Shown here: positions 8,526-17,150 of the stretch, in pieces
How positions within the stretch are numbered: the stretch's first letter is position 1
Layout of the letters: each line of letters begins with the position of its first letter
Source of the DNA: a virus
Lineage: Duplodnaviria; Heunggongvirae; Uroviricota; Caudoviricetes
Reading direction: 5' to 3' (one strand)
IMG/VR virus record: IMGVR_UViG_3300006201_000009
DNA length: 64,000 nt
Translations under genes and position numbers: made by a program
The notes under the pieces: model-generated
Told to the model about the DNA's origin: nothing
What the model saw: the letters and a program-made list of their open reading frames with translations, nothing else
Databases searched by the model: none

Positions 8526-9824
8526 TTATGCCGCGGGCGGTGTTGCCATTATCTCTTCAAAGGCGTCAGCGGCTTCTTGTTGCATATGCTCTGTGGCTTT
8601 AACGTAGGTCTGGAGCGTCGTAACGATGCTTCTATGACCAAGTCTCTGCTGTACTGCTTTCGGGCTTACACCGTTCTCTATAAGGAGCGTAGCGTGCGAA
8701 TGACGAAGCGAGTGGAAGTCAAAAGGTGTTTCTATTAGTCCCTGAATGACGCGAGTCGCATACTTGAACGTGTCTGTTGTAGAGAAGATTCCATTCTCTT
8801 CAACGCATACGAAGTTAATATGAGGTTGAACCGTTTCAATACATTTTTGTACCGGCACAATTCTCGTAATCTCATTACCTTTCTCGTCAATCTCATTTAC
8901 TGCCACATAGGTGGTGTAATATTCTCTATAGAGTTGCTCGTTACTTTCTTGGCGTTGCTTTTCTTGGCGGAGAATATCTATAAGGTGGTCTCCAATCTTT
9001 ATCACTCTACACGAGTCATATTTTGGAGGAGCAAAATACCAAGCAGATTTCTCGTTGTTTCTGCGGTAGCGCAATGAAGTCTTTTCTTCCAAACCATAGT
9101 TGCGCTTAATGATCTGTTTGTCAACGTTCAAGGTTTTATTTTCAAAGTCAATGTCTTCCCACGTAACAGCGAACGCCTCTGATATTCTCAATCCGCAGTA
9201 CCACCCAAAGAGAAGGGGGATGTGGAAGCGGTTTCCAAAAGGGAACCGTTGCATTATTTTTTCAAATTCTTCGCGACTTATTACTTGCCTTGCACGTTTT
9301 CGCTTGCCATTAGTAGGGAACTTGATATAAGTGATAGGGTTGTCTCGAATATATTTCAAGGGAAATACTGCGTAATCAAGAGCAACCTTTAAGGTGGAAA
9401 GTATCCCAAAAACATAAGAAATGGAATATCCTTTCTTGCTTAATTCGTTTGCATAGTCTTGCAATACGGAAGGGTTCAAACTTTTAAGTTTGTACATTCC
9501 TATGTGTGGTTTAATGTGTTTCTTGATAAGGTTTTGATATGTCACGAGCGTATTATATTTTAAGTTTGTAACGCAATACTGTTCATACCAATAATCAAGG
9601 TAATCATTAACACCAATCTCGGAGGGTTCAAAGTGAAGTCCTGCCGTATTATACTCCGACATCGCCAAAGCACCTGCTTCCAAGGCTTCTTTTTTTGTTT
9701 TGAACCCAGCCTTGGATATGTGCTTTCTTTTGCCATCAACCCGAGCTGCCTCAAATCGGTATTCCCAGTTTGGTTTCTTGTCGGGCTTGTTTCTGTTCCT
9801 GTCTCTTACGTTAATTTTTGCCAT
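8526..9824 (-). CDS. int: Tyrosine integrase (phage integrase family)
   Basis: C-terminal catalytic region HSLRHSHATLLIENGVSPKAVQQRLGHRSIVTTLQTYVKATE (H-x-x-R ... Y); LRISEAFAVTWEDI (R box); adjacent excisionase. Confidence 0.75.
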   Translation of the reverse strand: MAKINVRDRNRNKPDKKPNWEYRFEAARVDGKRKHISKAGFKTKKEALEAGALAMSEYNTAGLHFEPSEIGVNDYLDYWYEQYCVTNLKYNTLVTYQNLIKKHIKPHIGMYKLKSLNPSVLQDYANELSKKGYSISYVFGILSTLKVALDYAVFPLKYIRDNPITYIKFPTNGKRKRARQVISREEFEKIMQRFPFGNRFHIPLLFGWYCGLRISEAFAVTWEDIDFENKTLNVDKQIIKRNYGLEEKTSLRYRRNNEKSAWYFAPPKYDSCRVIKIGDHLIDILRQEKQRQESNEQLYREYYTTYVAVNEIDEKGNEITRIVPVQKCIETVQPHINFVCVEENGIFSTTDTFKYATRVIQGLIETPFDFHSLRHSHATLLIENGVSPKAVQQRLGHRSIVTTLQTYVKATEHMQQEAADAFEEIMATPPAA

Positions 9825-10020
9825 CGTCGAGCTCCTTAATATTGGTAGGCTCTGTTAAGTCTTTTCCTTCATACTTTTGCAGGAAGATTTCCAAAGACTC
9901 TTTCCTAACCTTGAAGGAGCCGAGCTTGATGAATGGCAATAATTTCGCTTTTCTGAGTTTGTGGACGTAATCCACATTTGTCTTTAAGATTGCCGCTACT
10001 TCAGCTACTGTAAATAACAT
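9811..10020 (-). CDS. xis: Excisionase/HTH_17 (AlpA/Xis-like) DNA-binding protein
   Basis: MLFTVAEVAAILKTNVDYVHKLRKAKLLPFIKLG winged-HTH pattern; TAGGAGA RBS before internal ATG; overlaps int start. Confidence 0.55.
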   Translation of the reverse strand: MLFTVAEVAAILKTNVDYVHKLRKAKLLPFIKLGSFKVRKESLEIFLQKYEGKDLTEPTNIKELDDGKN

Positions 10021-10158
10021 ATTGTCTCCTATATTGATTTTATTATGTATAGGCTGAGTAGCGCAACGGTCGTCATCAAATTTCATCTTATTAACCTCTC
10101 GATATTTAATGACCTTTTAATCCGTTTAATCCTCGCCGCATATGGCGGCGCAATTATT

Positions 10159-10404
10159 TTATTTTGTTACGGGGAAGACGTGGTAGAAATCTACGCGCCT
10201 TTTGTTGATGTACGCATAGCTGTCTTTGCCCGTTATAACTTTGAGTTTTCTCTTGCGTGTGTTCCAAATTTCTGTAAAGGCGGAAACCGTAAGAGGTGTT
10301 CCAACGCCGATCTGTGCGCCGTTTTTCATAATGAATACGACATTTGTTATGGGCTCGAATGATACGTCGTCCAAGTTTACGTTCAGTTCTTCAAGTGATG
10401 CCAT
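10159..10404 (-). CDS. Hypothetical protein
   Basis: ORF preceded by AGGAG RBS and GTGTCTAAATATG-family motif. Confidence 0.35.
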   Translation of the reverse strand: MASLEELNVNLDDVSFEPITNVVFIMKNGAQIGVGTPLTVSAFTEIWNTRKRKLKVITGKDSYAYINKRRVDFYHVFPVTK

Positions 10405-10462
10405 GTAATCTCCTATATGTCTAAATATGTTTTATAATCGTTAAAAATATAAGACCGTAATC

Positions 10463-11374
10463 TTATATTTCGTTGTTTTCAAGTGTCTTAACAAACTCTA
10501 CGTATTGATCGCGGTAGTTAAAGGCATAGTTTAGTGTACAACCCATTATTGACGTAATTTTATTGATAAGGCTTTGCTCACTTTTATCGTTATAGATTTC
10601 AAGGAATAAAGCATTCTTGTGCAAATTACGGAAGATAATCGATGTCTTCATTGAGCGAGGGACGCTCATATTAAACCGCTTAATTATTTGGATTATTTGC
10701 CCGCCGTCGAGTTTCTCACAATTCGCATCGGTCGGTCTAAACAGGTAATCATCATTGCCCTTTAAGATTACCTTTCTGCCCGACGGTAAACCTTTATAAG
10801 ACTCTAAATCTGATAAGTAGTATATTGCCGCGAATGGCTGTCCGTAAATCTCAAATGAGCCTCCTCTACCAGAAATCTTATAACCATCAAGTCCGATAGG
10901 GGTGAGGTCTCGAACAGTAAGGTTTGCTATGTCTTCGGGTGTAAACCCAAGCCAGCCCAATACACACACCGCCTTAACTCTTACAAGGTCTTGTGTGGGG
11001 TTGTAACCTGTCAATACTTCATCGCCAACAGCATCTATAAATGACAGAAGTTCGTTGATGCCTCTAAAATAGCAAACGCTTTCCTGAGAAGCAATTACTT
11101 CATCGCGGCTCGGCACTTCGGAGTTGACGCCCACATACTCAAAAACGTTAAGCAAATACTCTTTGATTTTTTGATAGTGCGGACGAGATATGCTGTTACC
11201 CGCTTTTTGTACATAAAAAGCGTTGCATAATAGTTGCTTGCTTTTCAATGCCTCGGCGATTGGCGTGTTACCAACCAACTCGCTAAGATTGTCAAGGAAT
11301 CTAATAACGTCGCTTTTGCGTGAAGCGTTCGCGGAAGGGTAATACCTTTCCACAAATTCTTGTTGGTTTATCAT
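10463..11374 (-). CDS. Hypothetical protein (possible degenerate integrase-like fold)
   Basis: Driven by perfect sigma70 promoter TTGACT-17-TATAAT at ~11385-11415 (minus); weak R/K/Y-like spacing only. Confidence 0.3.
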   Translation of the reverse strand: MINQQEFVERYYPSANASRKSDVIRFLDNLSELVGNTPIAEALKSKQLLCNAFYVQKAGNSISRPHYQKIKEYLLNVFEYVGVNSEVPSRDEVIASQESVCYFRGINELLSFIDAVGDEVLTGYNPTQDLVRVKAVCVLGWLGFTPEDIANLTVRDLTPIGLDGYKISGRGGSFEIYGQPFAAIYYLSDLESYKGLPSGRKVILKGNDDYLFRPTDANCEKLDGGQIIQIIKRFNMSVPRSMKTSIIFRNLHKNALFLEIYNDKSEQSLINKITSIMGCTLNYAFNYRDQYVEFVKTLENNEI

Positions 11375-11384
11375 TGTCTTATAC

Positions 11385-11416
11385 CTCCATTTTATTATAC
11401 AACATTATTAGACATA
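11385..11416 (-). promoter_or_regulatory. Consensus sigma70 promoter (TTGACTTATGTCTAATAATGTTGTATAAT) for gene 10463-11374
   Basis: Reverse complement of plus sequence gives TTGACT, 17-nt spacer, TATAAT, then GGAGG and ATG. Confidence 0.6.
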
Positions 11417-11480
11417 AGTCAATGCCGTATAAGTTAAATTTTATGTATAAGATAGGAAAAATGGGGGAAGTTTGTCAGGC

Positions 11481-12062
11481 TTACTTTTTGTTCTCTAAAT
11501 TGCTTCCGTTAAAGATATTTGTAAACAATTCTGCCATCGCCGCCTTGAATGTGTTGTCATCGAAAGGATATTCCTTTTTCAATGTTTTTGCGTCTGCTTT
11601 GTTCGGCGCAACATTGGGTGTGGGCGACTTTTCTTTTGTCTTAACCATTGACAGCAAAGGATTGAAAAGTGAGAGGAGGAGTGCATATTTTTCTTCAACG
11701 CTCATCCTTACGTCGAACTCAATTTCATCGCCTATGCCGCCAATAAATTCGTCATACTGCTCGTCCATTTCGTCAGACGCCTCGGCTATTGCGCAAATAT
11801 GTATATCGTGCTTTGTAAACTTCACAAGGAAGCTGACTGACTGAACGTCAAAAGGGAGGTTGAGTGGATGTCCACATTCCTCGAAGTCGTACTGGAATGT
11901 TACGACTTTTTCATCCGCATCGGCGTGTAGCGTCATAATAAGGTTGGGGTCAAATACAGCATCGTCGCATACAAGCTGCTTGCCCTTTGAGTTTCTGTTT
12001 GTACTGAAAAGTTTCATCTCTGATGTTCTCCTAATTTGATAATTTTTTTTCGAGTTGGTCAA
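11481..12062 (-). CDS. Hypothetical protein
   Basis: ORF only. Confidence 0.3.
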   Translation of the reverse strand: MTNSKKNYQIRRTSEMKLFSTNRNSKGKQLVCDDAVFDPNLIMTLHADADEKVVTFQYDFEECGHPLNLPFDVQSVSFLVKFTKHDIHICAIAEASDEMDEQYDEFIGGIGDEIEFDVRMSVEEKYALLLSLFNPLLSMVKTKEKSPTPNVAPNKADAKTLKKEYPFDDNTFKAAMAELFTNIFNGSNLENKK

Positions 12063-13050
12063 TCTTTGAAACTATATCATCGATTGTATAGTTATTGCCT
12101 GCTACGATTTCGTGTATGTCAGTCTTTCCCAGAACGAACTCGCTCACGGACTCACGGGCTTTGTCAAACATCTGTTGATAAGTGCCCAGATATCTCATAG
12201 TGACGCGCTGGTCGCTATGGTTCAAAAGCCCTTGGATTTTCGTGATTGCGTTCATGTCGATACTTGACTTATCTACACAAGCAGCAATGTTGGCGAAGCT
12301 TTTACGCATTGTGTGTGAGCCTATTATAATTGGTAGGTTCAAAGCTTTGCCGGCGTCGGACAAAATCTTCCACCCATATTCCTCAAACATTTTGCCCTTC
12401 GTCTTATTACTTTTGAAGAGGTAATCGTCTAACTCGAAGTCCCAATTTATTGAGTCAAATAACTTCGTCGCCGCGTCTTTGACTGATTGGGTTATCAGGC
12501 AATTATTTATCTTCAAAGTTTTTTGTTCGACGATATACATTCTTTGACGAAATGTTCTATCGTCATTGAGCAAGTAACTTATCTTTAGCGATAGTAAGTC
12601 CGAGATACGCAATCCAAGGCTTACTCCGATTGTCCACAACGCCCAATCACGTATTTTGCCTTGCTCCAAAAAATAATTTTGGATTGACGCAAAGTCTTCA
12701 TATGAACGTATCGGGTCTGCCGGACGTGGTTTCCTTTTGCCGTCGGACTTAAATTCAGAGAATACTATGGGTTCCGCGGCTTCCATTTCGGCTTTTGTTC
12801 GACGCTTACGACGTGGTTTATTTTCAAGCTCGCAAATTTGCCGTTGTAGTTTATCTACGCGATCTTCTGCATCACGTCTCATGATACGTTCAACCGCAAG
12901 CTCTTCAACGAGCTGTTTGTTTTCCAGTTCAAGGCGATCTGCTCTTTCTGCGTCTGTTTCAAATGCCCTTGGAACGGGAAAGTTTAATACAACTGAGTCG
13001 CGGCTACAATCAGTTCGCATCGTCATCTCCCTCCATATATATTTTTTCAA
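12031..13050 (-). CDS. Tyrosine recombinase (second copy) with N-terminal coiled-coil
   Basis: GVSLGLRISDLL (R), GSHTMRKSFA (H-x-x-R), VTMRYLGTY (Y); N-terminal heptad-like region. Confidence 0.55.
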   Translation of the reverse strand: MKKYIWREMTMRTDCSRDSVVLNFPVPRAFETDAERADRLELENKQLVEELAVERIMRRDAEDRVDKLQRQICELENKPRRKRRTKAEMEAAEPIVFSEFKSDGKRKPRPADPIRSYEDFASIQNYFLEQGKIRDWALWTIGVSLGLRISDLLSLKISYLLNDDRTFRQRMYIVEQKTLKINNCLITQSVKDAATKLFDSINWDFELDDYLFKSNKTKGKMFEEYGWKILSDAGKALNLPIIIGSHTMRKSFANIAACVDKSSIDMNAITKIQGLLNHSDQRVTMRYLGTYQQMFDKARESVSEFVLGKTDIHEIVAGNNYTIDDIVSKIDQLEKKLSN

Positions 13051-13207
13051 ATGTATTTAATTGGGTAAAAATTGCCTTAAGCATTGGGCAATTCGTGCAA
13101 CCGTTAGGCTTATGTATGAGGCACTCATTGGTGCCATATAACCGACAAGCAGCCATCTGGTTGCCGTTATCGTCGATTACTATTTTAGTTAATGGTTCGT
13201 AGCTCAT
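13010..13207 (-). CDS. Small Cys-rich protein
   Basis: CxxxxC / CTNCP pattern, 65 aa. Confidence 0.25.
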   Translation of the reverse strand: MSYEPLTKIVIDDNGNQMAACRLYGTNECLIHKPNGCTNCPMLKAIFTQLNTFEKIYMEGDDDAN

Positions 13208-13208
13208 A

Positions 13209-13550
13209 TTAAACTCCTATACCGATAGAAATCATAAGTTTTCTGTTAATGTCGTCAATTTTACTTCTATTAACAACTTCGCCCAACTTTTTCTTAAGTC
13301 TCGTTTTGTCTACAACTCTGACCTGCTCACATAACACCGTAGAAACTTTAAGTATTCCTGCATCGCTTGGCGTCAGCGTAACGTGAGTTTCTATCGGTGT
13401 TTTATCTTGAGATGTGAGAGGGCAAATGATAGTAGTAGGGGAATGTTGGTTCCCTTGTTCATTCTGTACTATCAAAGCGGGGCGAATACCGGTTTGTTCC
13501 GAGCCTACCTGATTACTTAAATCGACTAAATATATTTCGCCTCGGTGCAT
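13209..13550 (-). CDS. mazF: MazF/PemK-family endoribonuclease toxin
   Basis: GEIYLVDLSNQVGSEQTGIRPALIVQNE...IICPLTSQ...VLCEQVRVVDKTRL is collinear with the MazF/PemK consensus. Confidence 0.65.
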   Translation of the reverse strand: MHRGEIYLVDLSNQVGSEQTGIRPALIVQNEQGNQHSPTTIICPLTSQDKTPIETHVTLTPSDAGILKVSTVLCEQVRVVDKTRLKKKLGEVVNRSKIDDINRKLMISIGIGV

Positions 13551-13564
13551 AATTGATACCGCCT

Positions 13565-13789
13565 CTAAATTTCTTCCAAGGTACTTGCCGCCTGTCGAAT
13601 GTCAGAGATTGCATCTTCTATTTTATCACTACAGTCTTCCGATGTACAATAAGCGTCGCCCCCTTGCAAATTTTCGGGTGTGTTCTCTCTTGCGTAGTCT
13701 TCGTCAAACTTTATATCGTCAAGCTCATCGGCACACCCATTGATTGTAGCTATGACTTTGTTAATTCGTTTTCTTCTCTCTCTGTTCAC
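13565..13789 (-). CDS. Putative cognate antitoxin of MazF (acidic, no recognisable MazE/AbrB fold)
   Basis: Immediately upstream (14-nt gap) and co-oriented with the mazF-like gene; 74 aa, acidic. Confidence 0.35.
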   Translation of the reverse strand: MNRERRKRINKVIATINGCADELDDIKFDEDYARENTPENLQGGDAYCTSEDCSDKIEDAISDIRQAASTLEEI

Positions 13790-13802
13790 ATCTCACGACT
13801 CC

Positions 13803-15014
13803 TTATATATTGTGTTTAAGTAAGAATTGATTGCTGATACACTTAAAGCTAATTTTGTTGTCGTGGTCTCGTATAACAACGCCTTCTCTAAGCGTATCGC
13901 ACAATGTGGACTTTCCGTCAGCATAAGCAATCATTTCATCGACAGTGGGGAGCAGCTTAAAGTTCGCGTTAATAATCGGAACCCACTTGATTCCAAAGTC
14001 GTGCATCACATCTGTTGCGACTGCGCTGTCCATTTTTACCCCGTCGATTACAAGGTTGAAGGCATAGAAATCAATTCCCTTGAGACCGTATTTATTTTTT
14101 TGAATTGCCTCGCCAATGGTTTCGCCCTGAAGAACGACAGTAGTTGCTTTATATTTTTCAAGTATCTGCATAAGCACGTTGCGGATGTCGTACTTATTGG
14201 CGATTTGGTGGTACACATTGTCGTCGTAGAAACACTTTTGGTTGATGTCGGCTTGGCGCACGTTCCGTGAACACACCGCGAAGTCATATTTTCTTTTCTT
14301 TTCTTTTCTCAACCCAAAGCTCGTAGAGGTGCCGTCCAGCTTTTCAGTGACGACCATTGGCTTGTCCTTGTATGTATCGAGAACGAAAGGCATATTTTGC
14401 AAACGTGTTTCGTCCGTTTTAACGATCCAGTCGGGGAAGTTTTTCGGTTTCTTTTTCGGTGCGAGAAGTTTATAAACGGTTTTTCTAAACCACTTGAACT
14501 TCATAAACCATAAAAATACTTTATTTTTGAAGAGTTTTTTGTGGCGTTGCTTAATTGCCGCCGCGGGGTCTTTGACCTGTTGCTTGGGAACATCATCTTC
14601 GACCTGTTTAATCTTAAGGATGTCGGTAACATCGTCACCGATGCCGTGTGTTTTTTCGTCATGGAGAACAGAGAGGGGGAAGATGATGCCTTGAGATATG
14701 ACGCCGCGCATTTTCATTGTCTTAATTTTATAATGTTTAGACTCAAGAAACGCGAAGTCAGGATTGTCGGAAGGCATAATGCTGTCAATTTCAACGTAGA
14801 TTGCAAGATCGCCAACCTTAAATTCATTCTTTTTTACGATACACTGCCAGCCGAGTATGCCGGCGAGCTCGATTTTGTCAGCTCCTTCGATGGGGCGGAG
14901 CCATGCAATTTGTTCGATGTGAGCAAGTTTTCTCATAATACACTCCAAATTATTTTTTGTGTTTGGAACGAAGCCATTGAATATGTTTTTTAATGCTGTC
15001 TTGACGACTGTCAT
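13803..15014 (-). CDS. ATP-dependent RNA ligase with N-terminal OB-like domain (Rnl5/DraRnl/NgrRnl-like)
   Basis: Nucleotidyltransferase motif I KLDGTS (VVTEKLDGTSTSF); N-terminal MRKLAHIEQIAWLRPIEGADKIELAGILGWQCIVKKNEFKVGDLAIYVEIDS resembles N-terminal domain of this Rnl class. Confidence 0.55.
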   Translation of the reverse strand: MTVVKTALKNIFNGFVPNTKNNLECIMRKLAHIEQIAWLRPIEGADKIELAGILGWQCIVKKNEFKVGDLAIYVEIDSIMPSDNPDFAFLESKHYKIKTMKMRGVISQGIIFPLSVLHDEKTHGIGDDVTDILKIKQVEDDVPKQQVKDPAAAIKQRHKKLFKNKVFLWFMKFKWFRKTVYKLLAPKKKPKNFPDWIVKTDETRLQNMPFVLDTYKDKPMVVTEKLDGTSTSFGLRKEKKRKYDFAVCSRNVRQADINQKCFYDDNVYHQIANKYDIRNVLMQILEKYKATTVVLQGETIGEAIQKNKYGLKGIDFYAFNLVIDGVKMDSAVATDVMHDFGIKWVPIINANFKLLPTVDEMIAYADGKSTLCDTLREGVVIRDHDNKISFKCISNQFLLKHNI

Positions 15015-15315
15015 TTTCTTTCGTTCCTATGCTTCTGTCAACCGCGACGAAAATTTTGAATGAACCAATTAACATTTCCGCTAATTGTTCATCGGTGAGA
15101 CTTTCAAGCCATTCGCGGTTGGTTAAAACGGGTTCGGTTTGAGCCTCTTGAATTTTTGAATTTGCTTGCTGTTCGGCACGCTGACGCTGAATTGTACGAT
15201 TGCTTTTACTCCAATCGTCACCGCCGTGATTGCGGCACGCTGGATCAAATGCTTTCTCGCCATAGTAAGGTTTTCTCTTTTCTTTACCGTGTTGAATTGC
15301 TTTGTCGAGGCTCAT
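14950..15315 (-). CDS. Hypothetical protein
   Basis: ORF only. Confidence 0.3.
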   Translation of the reverse strand: MSLDKAIQHGKEKRKPYYGEKAFDPACRNHGGDDWSKSNRTIQRQRAEQQANSKIQEAQTEPVLTNREWLESLTDEQLAEMLIGSFKIFVAVDRSIGTKENDSRQDSIKKHIQWLRSKHKK

Positions 15316-15328
15316 AATTATTCTCCGT

Positions 15329-16438
15329 TTAAGGTTTAGGTATGATTATTGTTGCAGAGTCACCGCTCATAACATCTGGCAGTTCTCCGTTCCATTTTGA
15401 TAGATATTCGATATACTTGAGATAATCAGAAATGACAGAAATTTCCTCAGCACTTTTGCCCGTGAAGTCGATAGTGTATTCAATGATTGTTTCTCCATCA
15501 TTGTCTGTAACTTCATTTTCAAGAATAGTAAACCCAAGCATACGAGCAACTTCGATAGACTTAAGTTTTGTTGCTCTCGCCTCTGACTGCGCTATTGTTA
15601 CTTGCGCAGCGGCATCACCTTCGGCGGCGGCTATCTTTGCTTCGGCGTTTAACTTTGCAACAGCGAGCGAAGCTTCCGCTTCAATCTTTGCTATTTGAGC
15701 TGCGGCTTCCGCTTCAATTTTGGCTTTCTCCGCCTCATATTGTGCTTGCAATTGTTGTTGTTCAGCAATCATTTTTTGTTCGACAGTTTGTTCAAAAGCA
15801 TCCGAAAAGTCGATGTTTGTCAGAACGGCGGTATTTATGGTTACGAAATAATTTTCCGATATAACAAGCTTAATTGCGTCTTCAACTTCTGGTGATATTG
15901 AAGCTCTGGTTTCAATAATTGTCATCGCCGAATAGTTTGATAGAACAGATTTGGCACGTTCAATCGATACGCTGCGAATTCTACTTGATAAAGCATCAAG
16001 AGAGCCGTAGGTTGTTGCAATTTCTTTGACTTTATCTGTATCGATTTGATATTGAACTGTCATTGTCAAGTCCATTGTTTGGGCATCTTTTGAATAGGCG
16101 GAATCTTGTATGTCGAGCGTTTGTACCTTGGTATCGTACTTTTCGTATTTTTCCGTGATCCAGAAATCGTAGTACGTCCCTGCTGTGTGTACGTCTTTTA
16201 TCTGTCCGAGATGCTTTACTACGGCAATTTCACCAGTATCTACTGTGTGAAAACTTCCAGGAATAAAGAATGTAAGCAATGCAAATGCAATGCCAAGACA
16301 TAGGCATCCCCATTTGCTAACTTTCCAGCCGATAGCGTCCTCGCCATCATACACTTTGTATGCGCTTATGCCGAATACTACCCAGCCAGCCACACAAAGA
16401 GCAGCAAATAAAAAACCAAGTGTTAATGCTATTGCCAT
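15329..16438 (-). CDS. SPFH/band-7 (prohibitin/flotillin-like) membrane protein with Ala-rich coiled-coil
   Basis: N-terminal TM segments; SPFH-like core (VVKHLGQIKDV...); long A/E/K coiled-coil AEQQQLQAQYEAEKAKIEAEAAAQIAKIEAEA. Confidence 0.5.
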   Translation of the reverse strand: MAIALTLGFLFAALCVAGWVVFGISAYKVYDGEDAIGWKVSKWGCLCLGIAFALLTFFIPGSFHTVDTGEIAVVKHLGQIKDVHTAGTYYDFWITEKYEKYDTKVQTLDIQDSAYSKDAQTMDLTMTVQYQIDTDKVKEIATTYGSLDALSSRIRSVSIERAKSVLSNYSAMTIIETRASISPEVEDAIKLVISENYFVTINTAVLTNIDFSDAFEQTVEQKMIAEQQQLQAQYEAEKAKIEAEAAAQIAKIEAEASLAVAKLNAEAKIAAAEGDAAAQVTIAQSEARATKLKSIEVARMLGFTILENEVTDNDGETIIEYTIDFTGKSAEEISVISDYLKYIEYLSKWNGELPDVMSGDSATIIIPKP

Positions 16439-16462
16439 TATTGTGTAAATCTCCTTAAAAAA

Positions 16463-17101
16463 TTAGTGCTTATTAAATACAACGGACTCGCCGCTCTTAA
16501 TGTTCCAACACTGCAAGCAATTCGTGCAATCGCCAGAGCATTCAGCCGCGCTTTCCGGTATAGATTTGTTTTCGCTTTCCTTAAACCGAACATACGCAAC
16601 AGGGAAGGAGTATGGATTTTCAACTTTGAAATCGTCACCCCAAGCGCTAAATACGATGTGCAGGTTATCGGGAATAGTGCCGCCATTTTGTATGTATTCG
16701 TTTACAAGTTCAAACTTTTTAGTAAACGCAAGGAAGGATGTGAGGGGAAGTTCATTGGCGACTTTAACGACGCCCTCAAAATATTCTTTATCTACGAAAT
16801 CGCCCGAAGCGTGCCAACGAAAGTAAGAATATGAAACCATTCCGTTGTTGATTGCGTGTTTAATTTCTTCAAAGTATGACGCAGGATCGTGAAAGTAAAG
16901 CTTGTAATTGTTTGTTAGATTGTCCTTTACGTTTTGAAAACGAAAGCGTCCCTTTGTGGCATAGCAATCTTTTGCGCATGGGCAATGTGGTCGGCAGGTT
17001 GTTATCGGCGGCAAGTTCACCGACGGTATCAACCCAAGTTTGCTGTTGGTAGTTGATATCTTTACTGGCATATAAATCTCCTTATTTGGCTCATTGTCCA
17101 A
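16463..17101 (-). CDS. Cys-rich putative Fe-S protein (DUF5131-like?)
   Basis: CRPHCPCAKDC and CSGDCTNCLQC clusters. Confidence 0.3.
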   Translation of the reverse strand: MDNEPNKEIYMPVKISTTNSKLGLIPSVNLPPITTCRPHCPCAKDCYATKGRFRFQNVKDNLTNNYKLYFHDPASYFEEIKHAINNGMVSYSYFRWHASGDFVDKEYFEGVVKVANELPLTSFLAFTKKFELVNEYIQNGGTIPDNLHIVFSAWGDDFKVENPYSFPVAYVRFKESENKSIPESAAECSGDCTNCLQCWNIKSGESVVFNKH

Positions 17102-17150
17102 AGAGAAGATTTATATTTAGTTAAGTCAGTCTCTTTGGACTGAGAAGTTG

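Noticed and set aside
8148-8738. Plus-strand 196-aa ORF and other antisense ORFs overlapping the int and PTH2 genes
   Set aside because: They overlap well-supported minus-strand genes with conserved motifs and lack ribosome-binding sites.
4879-10440. Plus-oriented motif copies as rightward promoters inside the minus-strand gene arm
   Set aside because: That would put 6+ antisense promoters firing into the 3' ends of upstream genes. Their fixed position just 5' of Shine-Dalgarno sites on the minus strand better fits a leader or operator role. This remains unresolved without start-site mapping.
10463-11374. Fourth tyrosine recombinase call for the 303-aa protein
   Set aside because: Only loose R/K/Y-like spacing and no clear H-x-x-R or catalytic Tyr context, so it is left as hypothetical.
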